A stretch of DNA of 64,000 bases from Bilabrum cf. latius (taxonomy: Eukaryota). A model generated the notes under the pieces. That model had not been told where the DNA came from. It did no database searches and saw only the letters and a list, made by a program, of their open reading frames with translations. The stretch spans positions 620,001 through 684,000 of the forward strand of contig OZ237753.1 in assembly GCA_965178125.1 (NCBI GenBank). Reading direction: 5' to 3'. Every line of letters begins with the position of its first letter. Within the stretch, counting starts at the first letter, position 1. Both the position numbers and the translations under genes were made by a program. Positions 12,231 through 22,606 of the stretch are shown here, piece by piece.

Positions 12231-13820
12231 TATGGGGCATGCTGCGGATGGGACGAGGCTTCCTAGCTCTGGCGGCGTGGTTGCAGACGGCATGATCCTC
12301 GGCGGGCCAGCTGCAGCCGGGCCATCACAGCCAGGCGGCGCCGGCATCCGCAAGGACGCGATCAAGGACGTGACCCGGCTCGGGAGGGAGGCCATGCAGC
12401 GCAATTACGGCCGCGCAGGTATCCTCGCGCGGGGCCAAAAGCAGAAGAGGTCGTTGCAGCGGCGCAGCCATGCGATCGAGGAGGAGGAAGAGGAGGAGGA
12501 GGAGGAGGAGGAGGAGGAGGAGGAGGAGGAGGAGGAGGAGGAGGAGGGGGAGGGGGAGGCACGCGGATTGCACCGGAGACAAGCTACGACCGCGAGTACC
12601 GGCGCAGCGGCAGCTTCATCACTACCCGACGCCAATAGTGGGGCAGGCAAAGCTCCCCGCGAGGAAATCGAAGACCGTGCCGTGCCAGACGGCACGGATG
12701 GCGTCGTCGACATCGAAGTGGTGGTCGCCCGTGGCTCCCATGCCTTCCTGCTGCAGGAGCCGGCGTCTCGGGCAGCCCCACCTGCTGCAGCAGCCGGCGG
12801 TCGAGGGAGGTCGCAGCTAGGCTCGGCGGGCTAGGTGCCGATGGACCCAGCCGCTGAGGGGGGTCGTGCTCGGCATGGCCGCAAGCGCGCCACCGCCCCC
12901 CAGCGTCCGCGAGACGAGAACGAGGATGCGGTACCGGCACCCGCCAAGAAGAGGAGGAGTGGCGAGGGCGAGGCAGTGCCAGCCGCCTCTGCGTTAGAGG
13001 AGCAAAGGACAGCGGTGCTTGTGGATTCAGCCAGGCGCGGGGTGCTGCTGCAGCAAGCCGTGACTGTCCCGACTTCATCATCATCATCCTCAGCGCGGCT
13101 CCCATCGACCTCGGTAGAGTGGAAGCACATCTCCACTCCCATCGACCAGGACTAGGGGCTGTACGGCTTGCTTCACCCCGAGGCTGCTGTTCACAGCAAC
13201 CTTGCCGTAAGGCGGTTTGCGTCCTTGCACGCCCTCGTGCAGCTGGTGGGTGCCGGCGGCGTCGAGCCGGGCAGTGCCACGCACGGCCAGCTGCGGGAGG
13301 CAGCAGCGTATGCAGTGCGCATGTTCAATGAGTCTGGGGCTAGCAAGCCCGGCGGAGGAGGCGTGCCAAAGCAGCAGCGGTGTCTCGTCACAAAGCAGCT
13401 GAAGCGGAAGGACATCCTGCAGCGGATACTGGACGCGTTGGCAGTCGGCGACGTCAGCTCTGCCTTGTGTCTCGGGGGGCCGCACCTGCAGTCTGTCGAG
13501 AAGCTCGGCGAAGCAATGGCGAGACTTCAAAGCATCAGCGATCCTGAATCAGCGGGATCTGTGGCTGGCTCTTCCGCCGGAGGTCGGGGCGCGCGACTCG
13601 CGGCGCAGATTGTAAGCGGCATGGAGGCCGCCCTGGGCATCGACCTTGCTGTGAAAGCTCGGGGATCGGCTGGTTAGACCGACAGAGACCCAGATATCGT
13701 CACGTGGATGGCGCTCGGGTTAAAGGGCGCCGGAGACGCGGCTGCGTTAGACGTTGCAACCCGCGCAAGGGTGGCTGTGGGCAGCGGCATGCTTGCCGCA
13801 CGGCTCGTGATGGAGGCTCT
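12231..13820 (+). pseudogene. Inverted near-identical partial duplicate (arm B') of 8838-10405, an internal part of the 8267-11560 gene
   Basis: Translations are identical to the minus-strand ORFs, including the same TAG positions; the GAG tract is 7 codons longer. Lacks the parental 5' and 3' ends. Confidence 0.9.
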
Positions 13821-13827
13821 TCCGACT

Positions 13828-13942
13828 AATTCTGATCATCGCGGTGTGCGTTTACGCTAGAGCTTTTCTGTTTACGTTTCGATGGAACATTCACCGTGGC
13901 AACTGTACCAGACATGCCCCGTCCCGCCAGCTGCACCGGAAT
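13828..13942. repeat. Inverted-repeat arm D (about 115 bp); partner at 17468-17582
   Basis: AATTCTGATCATCGCGGTGTGCG...CCGCCAGCTGCACCGGAAT matches the reverse complement of 17468-17582. Confidence 0.9.
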
Positions 13943-14841
13943 TCTGGTCCGTACACACAACCGCACCCGGGCCGTCATGGCCCAGTGGTTGCAGGTCCCA
14001 GACCCCCCTGCCTCGCGGACACCGCTGGAGGGGGTCCCGCACATTGCTGTGTTTCGAGCGCACACGGTATTGAATCGTGCAGGTCGACGACTGCTGCATC
14101 AAGAGATTGTGCTGCTGTGCGCGCCCCCCTCTGCTGGGAAGAGGAGGCACGAGCCTGAGGCGACCCACCGCGGTGAGGGCCGGGCGATGCCAGCGGGGGC
14201 AAGCGAGGATGGGTGCGCATACCATCGTGCGGAGGCGGTGCCACCGTGGGCGCTCAATCGAAGCACGGATGCTTCTTCTTCCTCTGTATATTCCGCGGAG
14301 CGTCTCCTGTCCCTGCCCCCACCCGTGCCCCAGGTCCACCCCTGACGGCTAGCAGGTGCATCCACCGACGGTGGGGGATATCCGTAGACTGCCGTAGGCA
14401 TAAAGAGCCAATCAACCCCTGGCTCGACATGTCCACATGTGCAACAAGACATCACACTTGCCAATGCTGTGTGCTGTTCGAACCAAGCTGCCACATCTGG
14501 CAGCGGCGGCTCCCGTCGGCGCCCGGCGGCCACACCACGCCGGCCCGGCCGCCCATCGGGGGTCTCCGAGTCTCGGCGATGATTATGAGCCCCCCAGCTC
14601 CCGGCCGCCGCACACAACTGCACCCACTATTCCGAGCGAAATCCAGGACTCGATGGCGATTCCGACGCTAACGGTTCCTCCCAATCGTTCCAAGCGCTCG
14701 CACGCCCGCTTCCAGTTCCCGCCAAGGAGTCTTTCTGGGCGGCGCAGAGTCGAAGAGCTGCTGCGCACACATTCTGGGACCATGCGTCGCCCTGAAAGTC
14801 CCTTACCGCCAGGCCTACGGGGCAATCGTCGCTTGAGCCGG

Positions 14842-15707
14842 TTTTATCGGATTGCGAAATCGCACGGATCGATTCGCAGATCCTGGCCGCACTGCCATAC
14901 ACTTTGCAGCCCACGGACGAGCTGCTGACAGAGATCTTCGCCCCCTGAACAGGAGCATTTGAGCTTCCAGTTGGCATTGCTGCCATCCAAGCCGTCTGGA
15001 TCGGGTTTTCTTTCCTCAAGCGAGACCTCGAAGCTTCGAGCAAGCAATGGACAGCCAAGCCCCGCCGCACGAGCGATCGTCAGGGCCAAGCGGCCCATGC
15101 ATGGCTGGTGTGAGTTGTTTCGTTCGGTGCTAGCGTCCATTGCATCTGAATTCGATGCCTGGCGGCGGCTCTAGCCCTGCGCGCGCGCCCCGCGATTTCA
15201 ATGCCTGTGCAGGGCTCGATCTCCCGGTCCCAAGCCGCCCTGCGCGAGATCCAACGCTGCCATGCCGACTCTCTGCCGGCAACCTTTCCAATCTGCGATC
15301 GCAATCGCTCTGATGCCGGGCAAGGCCGCGCGGCCCCTTGTCTGTTCCCGGCCGCCATCAATCGGTTTCCCAAAAGCATCTGTCGTGGGCGTTCGCACCC
15401 GGGGCATTCGCGGCGATGGAGAGCCGGAGCGGAGCGTTTGAGCTCTATTCCTTATAGTTGCACCAGCATTTACACGTCTCACTGCCTCGGAACGTTGCGA
15501 GCACCCCTGTATGCCCCAGGTTTGCACCCCTTTCCGTGCGTGTGCAGGTCGGGCGCACGAGCGCGACGCTGGCCCGCGGCCCCGCACGGCAGCCGGCGGT
15601 GGCGGGGAGCGCAACCGTCGAGCGAGCTGGCGAATCCAGGCACGTGTCGCCGCCGGGTGTCGCGCACGGCAGGGCCCGGCGCGGGGATCTGTCGACGTCG
15701 GCAGGTG
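14842..15707. repeat. Inverted-repeat arm C' lying directly upstream of the RING gene
   Basis: Homologous to 11364-12192; homology ends a few nt before ATG 15713. Confidence 0.9.
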
Positions 15708-15712
15708 CGGTG

Positions 15713-16684
15713 ATGTCGAGCAGGAAGCTGACCGAATTCGGTTCGATTCGCAGCCTAATCCCGCAGTGCTACCACTGCGGAGCAGGGCTAGACCCAAGGG
15801 ATCCCAAGCGACCCATACTATACATTCCAATTTGTCATTGCCGCTTATGCGAGTCCTGTTTCCGGCTGCGAAAAGTCCATTGCCCAGGCGTGGATTGCAA
15901 TGAGCCTGCAACCACTAGCGAAAAGGTGATGAGGCTCGACCTAGGCGCTTCAGCCTCGCGCGCATAGACGATCCTGGGACGAATGATATTGCTTTCGTAC
16001 CAGTACCCCCTCGAGTATAGGAACAGGGCTGAGCTTTGTCGCGAGACGGAGGAGTGGGCGCGCTCTGTGCGAGCACGACTGCCAGTGGCCCGCCCCCGCG
16101 CCGCACCCGGCACCCAGCCCGTGCATGCCACGCCAGCGGACCCAGTCGCCGCGGCATACCGTTCCACCAGCAGGAGCAACGTATCTACGGTCCTGGGGAC
16201 GACTCCGGGCTCGAACAAGCGCCGAGCTGCTCCAACTGCGACGCCCTGGATGGTCTCACCCTCCGCATCGGGCAGAAGGGGTGATGGGGAGAGACGCGTC
16301 TCCACGCACGCAAGTCTTCCACCGGGGCGTGGCGTCTTCGAGAGCAGCAAGAGCGCCGCTGCAGAGGCCCGTGGGGGGCCCGGCAGGCGGAGAGGCGAGG
16401 GCGAGGCACAGCCACTGGCAGTCTGGATGGTTGCCGCGATGGCGAGCAGGGGCAGCAAGGTGGGGATGCCAAACAGGAAGAGGCGCCGAGTGACCGGCGC
16501 GAGGGAACCGACCACCCTTGTCGAGAAGCAGGAGAACGAGGCGCGTAGCACCGGGGCTCCCTCGGCTCTGCCACACGAAGCAGACGACCATGGCCAGGAG
16601 CAGCCATCGAGCGTGGCTAGTATTCGGTCAAGAGACAATGTGGATCCCTTGAAGATGTCGTTCGATGACATCTTTGGCCCGTGA
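15713..16684 (+). CDS. N-terminal RING-finger protein with disordered tail (architecture reminiscent of Zip3/RNF212/HEI10-type E3 ligases); 323 aa with one TAG=Gln
   Basis: CYHC-x18-CHCRLCESC-x7-CPGVDC Cys pattern; frame continues through TAG 15965 to TGA 16682. Confidence 0.7.
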
Positions 16685-17467
16685 CTCTGAGGCGGTCGAC
16701 CCGGTCATCTAGCCTACACAGAAAGTGGCGCGCTAGCCCTCGCGCCGCCGAGCGAGCTCGCCCATGACCAGGCGAGACGCTACGCGCTGCGCTCGATTTG
16801 CTTTGAACGTTGATTGTTCGAATAATGCTGCAAAGTGCTAGTCGTATCGATGCTATTTGATTCATGTTGACCTGTTAAGTATTCCTTGGCTGGCCAGGAT
16901 CCGTGGAGAGGCTCAAGTTGGGGTCTCATGGGGCAGCACCACGATACGCGACTAGATTTATTTCTGGGATACGAGAAGCTGAATACGGGCTTTTGAAAAG
17001 CAATTATGGCTATTGACCCTTTGCGTCAGCTGGAAACTCTGGATTGAGACGAGACCAAGCATACCAAGTTCACCACCCTGGATATCACCGATCCCAAGGT
17101 CTGAGGATGTATCGCGTACATGTGAACAAATCCAATTCAGGATCTGTCGCCGAAGGCAAGAGCAAAGATGTACGGCAGCTATGTCAAGCAGGATAATGGT
17201 GTGACCGTCAAGAAGCTGAAGGAGCTGCTGCGGGGCGCTCCAGCTGTGACAGCGGTACCGAGTGCGGGACGCTGGCCGAGCTGCGAGACCACTGTAAGCA
17301 GGTCCTGCTAGGAATAGCTGCAGGCCCACCTACTGCTGTACGAGGAGGCCCAGAGAAACCAGACTCGGATAGGAGCCAGCAGTCGGAATCACGTGGCCGG
17401 GTGCAGGTGGTGCTTAAGGTGGTCAAAGCAGATCCGGAGTCCGGATCCGGATCCGTTTGGTGACGGC

Positions 17468-17582
17468 ATTCCGATGCAGCTGGCGGGACGGGGCATGTCT
17501 GGTACAGTTGCCACGGTGAATGTTCGATCGAAACGTAAGCAGACAAGCTCCAGCGTACACGCACACTGCGATGATCAGAATT
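17468..17582. repeat. Inverted-repeat arm D'
   Basis: Reverse-complement match to 13828-13942. Confidence 0.9.
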
Positions 17583-17589
17583 CGTCGAA

Positions 17590-18240
17590 TCCCTGGTGAT
17601 GAGGTGCGCTTTGTACTACTACTAGGGCGATCCGATTTTCGAAAGCACGCTGCGCGACGACGCCTCGAGGGTCGAAACATCGTGACGCGTGTTATGCGCG
17701 GCATATTGGCTTCTGTGGCAGCTGGACTATTACTCATACTGTCAGCTGCAGCTTCCAATGTCGTATTTATCCTGACAGATGACATGCGAGATCGTTAGTA
17801 GTCCCGGGTCTGCCGCCATTCGTACTGCAACTGTGCGACAGAGCGGTCAATCATGTTTGGTTTCCTTGATCTGCAACCATCAATGGTATTAAATTAGTAG
17901 CAGAGCCGCAAGATGCACGCGATCCAATACGTTTGGAGCCATTGCATCGCAGGGATGAAGTTCTGGGGGCGGGGACCGAGGTGGTGATGCCCAAGGCCCA
18001 CGCGAACCTGATCTCCAAGGGGGCCCGGTTCAACAACTCCTTCATTCACGTCCCGATCTGCTGCCCATCAAGGGCCGCGATCCAGACTGGCCGCACGATG
18101 ACCAACAACGGGGTCATCGACAACTCGTGCGGGGGCACGGCGTTCCAGAAGGGCGCCGAGAAGGACAACATGGCGTCCATGGCGAGCAGGCAGCTGGCAG
18201 GAGTGTTCAACGCGTTCTACTCTGGGAAGTACCTCAATAC
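17590..18240 (+). pseudogene. Truncated inverted copy of the sulfatase 5' end (arm A')
   Basis: Same exon 1/intron/exon 2 sequence through CCPSR to SGKYLNT, then unrelated sequence. Splice donor changed GT to GC at 17786. Confidence 0.88.
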
Positions 18241-18671
18241 CCGAACAATAGCTCGATATGCTGAGAGGTCAGCCTCGCGCTGTTTAGTAGACTATCGGAT
18301 CGAACGACAAGCACTACAGGCAGCTGCTCCGCCCGACTGGGCATAGGCGCTGCGCTGTGTTGGCAATATACGACTCCAACAAGTTCGTGGCAAGGGTCAG
18401 GCCGCAGGTCGTGTCGATACATGGTGGGGCACGATGGCTCATGAACCATATCCGCATTCAGGAATCCGGATCTAGCACCACGCGGGGCCAGTCAAGGACG
18501 GTCCATCCCTCCAGGATGCCGCGCGGTTCTGCTACTTCCTGCCCCGATACAGGCACTTGCAGCGCGGCGATTCTGAAATGTACCTCACCGCTGTGCTTGG
18601 TCGCAATTCCAACGAACTGGATGCATTCGTTAGAACTCCTGTTCATCTATCAAACGAAAAATTCCAATTCT

Positions 18672-21600
18672 TTACTGCCTTCCATCCACCCTCGCGTGTT
18701 CCTCCTCGCTCGGGCCTAGCTGACACTCGGTGTGCTTGCCGGTGCCGCCCGCGCCAGGTACGACTCCTCCCCTACCGTACCGGAATGCAGCTCCCCCAGC
18801 CGCCAGAACCGAAGCGGAGAGCCCCGCAAGCCCAAATCCACGCCCCCCTCCTGCCATGGGACTGGAGGCCCGCACACCGCCCGCAGCTGCTTCACCAGCC
18901 GTCGCATGACTGTGGCCAGTCCCCACTGCACCCGCGTTTGCTCCGTCTAGCTTCAGGAGCTGCCTGACCTGCCGCCAGACCCGCACCGCCGCTTTCGCCA
19001 CCTCGCACACGGCCAAACCCCCGATCCTCTTCGCCTTCTTTGTTCCCTCCTCCCACTGCCGCTTGCCGCTCTCCGTGAACCCAAAGTAGCCCACGGCCCC
19101 CGCGGCAGCAAGCACCGCAACGAGCAGCCCCGTGGCCGCACCGGCCCTGGCCCACTGCCTGCCGCTGTCCGCCGCCCTATCCTCCTCGGCCCAGCGCTTG
19201 GTCCTCTCCGCCGTCATGGGCGACTCGGAGAACGCCATGGTGGACAAGCCGGCGCACAGGCCCACCATGTCCGAGGCCCCCTTCCGCGTCTCTGTCCTGA
19301 CGGCCTGCACGTCAAGCTCCTCCATCCTCCGGAGCAGCAGGGCCAGCGGGGAGCCCTCAGCTACACGGGAGGGGGGCGGGCCCCTGTAGGACACCGCCAC
19401 TGCCACACCGTCGGGCGCGTCCTCCACGCACCGGATCGCGAAATCGACCGACCGCTCGCTGCGGCCGTCCGCGTGCACCAGCAGCACGTCAGCCTGCGCC
19501 GCCGCCAGCCGCAGGACCTCTCCCCTCAGGCTCTCCGGGAACTCCGAGACGAGGAGCAGCCTGGGCCTCGAGTTCACCTCGGTCTGCTGCCTGAGGGCGT
19601 CCTCTCGGCCTAGCTGCTCGGCCATCGAGTCGTGTACCTGCTGCACACGCACCCTCTGCGTGACCGCGTAGTGCACGGGAGTCTCCCACCCGAACTCGCC
19701 ACCGTCCTCGCCCTCGTCCTCGTCCACTGCAGCCGCGTCCCGGTCCCGCAGCCCGCCCGCCGCGCCGATGCCAGAGGAGGCCTCGGCGGGCGAGGCAGTG
19801 CTGCCTCCGTCGCTCGCCGCGGACGAGATTGTGGCGGCAAGCGCGGGGTTCGAGCTCGCGGCCGGGGGCCTGTTGTCCACGCCGCCCGCTGGCGGGGGAT
19901 TGGTCGCGACGCTGGCTCCGTGCAGGTGCTGGTGCATGAGCCAAGACTTGCCACTGCCCCTGGATCCAACGAGAAAGACACGCCTGGAGCTCGGGAAGCG
20001 CGCCTCGCCGGCCACCTTGGCAAAGTCCCTGTCCGTGCGGCTCTGCAGGATCTTGGCGCCGGAGGAGAGGGAGGGCATGGCCAGCAGCCCGCCCATCCGC
20101 CTCGTCCACGCGCGGTGCGTCTGCCTGTGCGCCTTGCGCAGGTTAGCCTGGCGGAAGGCCCACCGCGGGGACTGCCTGGTCTTGAGCAGCGGCTCAAAGT
20201 CCTCCATCTGGCGGTCCACGTCGTCCGAGGGCCGGAGCCTCTCGTCGTCGCACGCGGTATCCAGGGAACAAGAGGTGGAGAAGCCCAGGGCGTACATGCC
20301 CTTGAGCGCCTGCTTCGGAGCCACGCAGGCCAGCAGCTGCCAGGCTGCGATCCACTGCGCCTGCGATATCTCCCACTGCTCCCCGCGGTCACCCTCCCCT
20401 TCCTCCTCCTCAAACATGCCGTACCGCACGCAGCAGGGGAACCTGAGGTTGCCGCCGCGAGCCGAGACCCTGCGCAGCTGGACGGCGCTCATGCCCGCCC
20501 GTGCCGCGGCCTCCGCCTCGTCCTCCTCCTGGCCCGGGAGCCACCACGCGTGCTCACCGTCCACCACCCCGAAGCAGTCCTCCATCCCCGGGCACCTGTG
20601 GAAGATGCTCGCGAAGTAGTCCCGGCTCACCATCCCCTCCTCGTCCTGCACCTCACGGAAGCAGGCCCCCAGGAATTCCTTCCCCGCCTCGCTCAGCTCC
20701 ATGAAGCCGTCCAGCCTGTGACCCGGTCCTGCACCTTTCTGCGCGCCCTGGCTGAGCAGCGCCTGCGCCTCCTTCGAGTAGTAGGGGGGCAGCTCGTTGT
20801 CGGGGATCGCGGGCAGCGCCCTCGGGGGCCGCATGGCCAGCAGGGGCATGAGCAGCATGAGGTACCTCCGGAGGGCCAGGGCCTGGGGCAGGCCGGCCAC
20901 GCCCGCCTGTCGGGCCGCCTCCAGGTCGTCCGCTGCATCTGTTTCTGCGTCTGCCCTGCACCCAGGGAACACAAAGTACCCGGGGGGCGGGGAGTCGTCC
21001 CCGTAAGGGCCCGAGACGACGTAGTTGAGCCTGCGAAGGACGGCCGCAAGCTGCTCGGGGTTGTCGCTTCCGATGCTCCGGAGCTGGTGGAGGAGTCCGT
21101 TCCCGGTCATGCCCGACTTGGCGCCCTCCGTGCCCTCTGGTATGGCCAGGGGGTGCCTCTCCTCCTCCTCATTATCATCGCCTGCCCCTCCCGCGGGGCC
21201 GAGCTTCTCCACGAGGGTCCTGACGATCTGCTTCGCCACGTCGGGGGAGGCGTCCATGTTGAAGGCCTCGGCCAGCAGCCTGGGCAGCTCCTGGTCCACC
21301 GAGAGAACAGCGTCCCTGTCCTGGTTGAAGACCGCGAAGATGCGCTCGATGGAGCGGTACATGCCAGAGGCCACGACCATCTGGGTGTCACCGCCCACTC
21401 TCTGCGGTGCGAGGGTGCAGTGTGTTGCAGTGCAGGGCGGGGTATTGCACGACAGGGCAAGGCAGCGCAAGGCAGCGCAGGGCAGGGCAGGGCAGCTCAT
21501 GCTGAAGCGGTGCTGTGCATCCTACAGCCAGGAGCCAAGCCCCGAGCCCGAGGCTCCTGGGGCGTGACATGGCGCGCAATCAAGGATCACGGGTACGCAC

Positions 21601-22458
21601 ACAAGCGCGCAATACCTCCCTCACCTGCTCCGAAAACGTCGCGCCGTCTGGGAACCTGGTCCTGCCGATGATCTGGTCGACCGCTTGCACCAGGCCGGCG
21701 GCATTGGCCTTGGCTGACACCAGGCAGCCGCTGATCGAGATCGTCTGCGATGCGTAGGAATGAAAGGTAGGAGACGATAAGGCAGCAATTGAATTCATTG
21801 GCGCTCGGTAAGGGTTGCCATGCCACCGTGGGCCCCGGGCCTGATGCTCACGATGCCGGCATCTCGTGCGGCTTCCAGGAGCTCGTCAAAACTTTCCGCT
21901 GCCGGGTCATTTTGAGCCAGCACCGCATCCGAGCAGGTACCAACAAGTACTACTTCCATGTCACGGGCGTCTTGGTACGCCTTGTAGAGCTCAGGGATCC
22001 ACTATCCCACCACCCTGTCGCGCGTCCTGTCGTTCACAGGTTTCGAATCCGTGCGGACACAGAGCAGTACAACATGCGGTTTGCGACTCTAGATGAATTC
22101 TCTGACTGTACCTTTGCCATCAACTGCAATGTCTGGGTCAAAAAGAGTCACTTTGAAGCGCTTGCTGCCGCCCTGTGTCTGCACAACTCGGATTTCATCG
22201 CCTTGCTCCCGGACGTCCTCCCTGAACTCGTTGTCAATATATGTGCGCTTTATAGATGTTCGTCCGCTACCCTCTGCGAATTCGAAGCACGGTAAGCAAT
22301 GAAAGGCTGCGGGTGCGCAAGATGCCGCCCGACGACATTCCGGGCCGCTGACATGTCCTGCTCCGGACGCGGACCAATCTCTCACTGTCGCCCAAAATGG
22401 CAACCTTGATTTCGTCGCCATATTGCATCTTGAGTGGTGCTCCATCTGTTGCCGACAT
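18672..22458 (-). CDS. MIRO: Mitochondrial Rho GTPase (Miro); 4 exons (22458-22386, 22273-21852, 21744-21625, 21401-18672)
   Basis: GTPase 1: IKVAILGD|KGSGRTS, WIPEL, LVGTCSD, CLVSAK. EF-hand region ERIFAVFNQDRDAVLS, ELSEAGKEFL, WIAAWQL...ALGF. GTPase 2: LVGSRGSGKS. C-terminal TM. Two in-frame TAGs (22089, 22002) in exon 2. Ends TAA. Confidence 0.9.
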
Positions 22459-22606
22459 GGGGGCTATTTTGCCCGCCGAAACCCGGGCAAAACACCCCAA
22501 ATCGGATTTTTTCGAATTTGCACCATATCGACCAACGGTCGCGAGCGACGGCAGGTTCCGAACGAGCGAGAAGTGCAGCCGAAAAAGCAGTGCTAGCCCG
22601 AACAAT
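22459..22606. promoter_or_regulatory. Compact bidirectional promoter between Miro and CENP-C
   Basis: 148 nt separate the two divergent predicted ATGs. Confidence 0.55.

Noticed and set aside
45-21671. Long antisense or alternative-frame ORFs (e.g. 45-1601 -, 4293-5345 +, 19632-21671 +, 1678-2304 +)
   Set aside because: Shadow ORFs caused by high GC3 of real genes on the opposite strand or by tandem repeats; no motifs.
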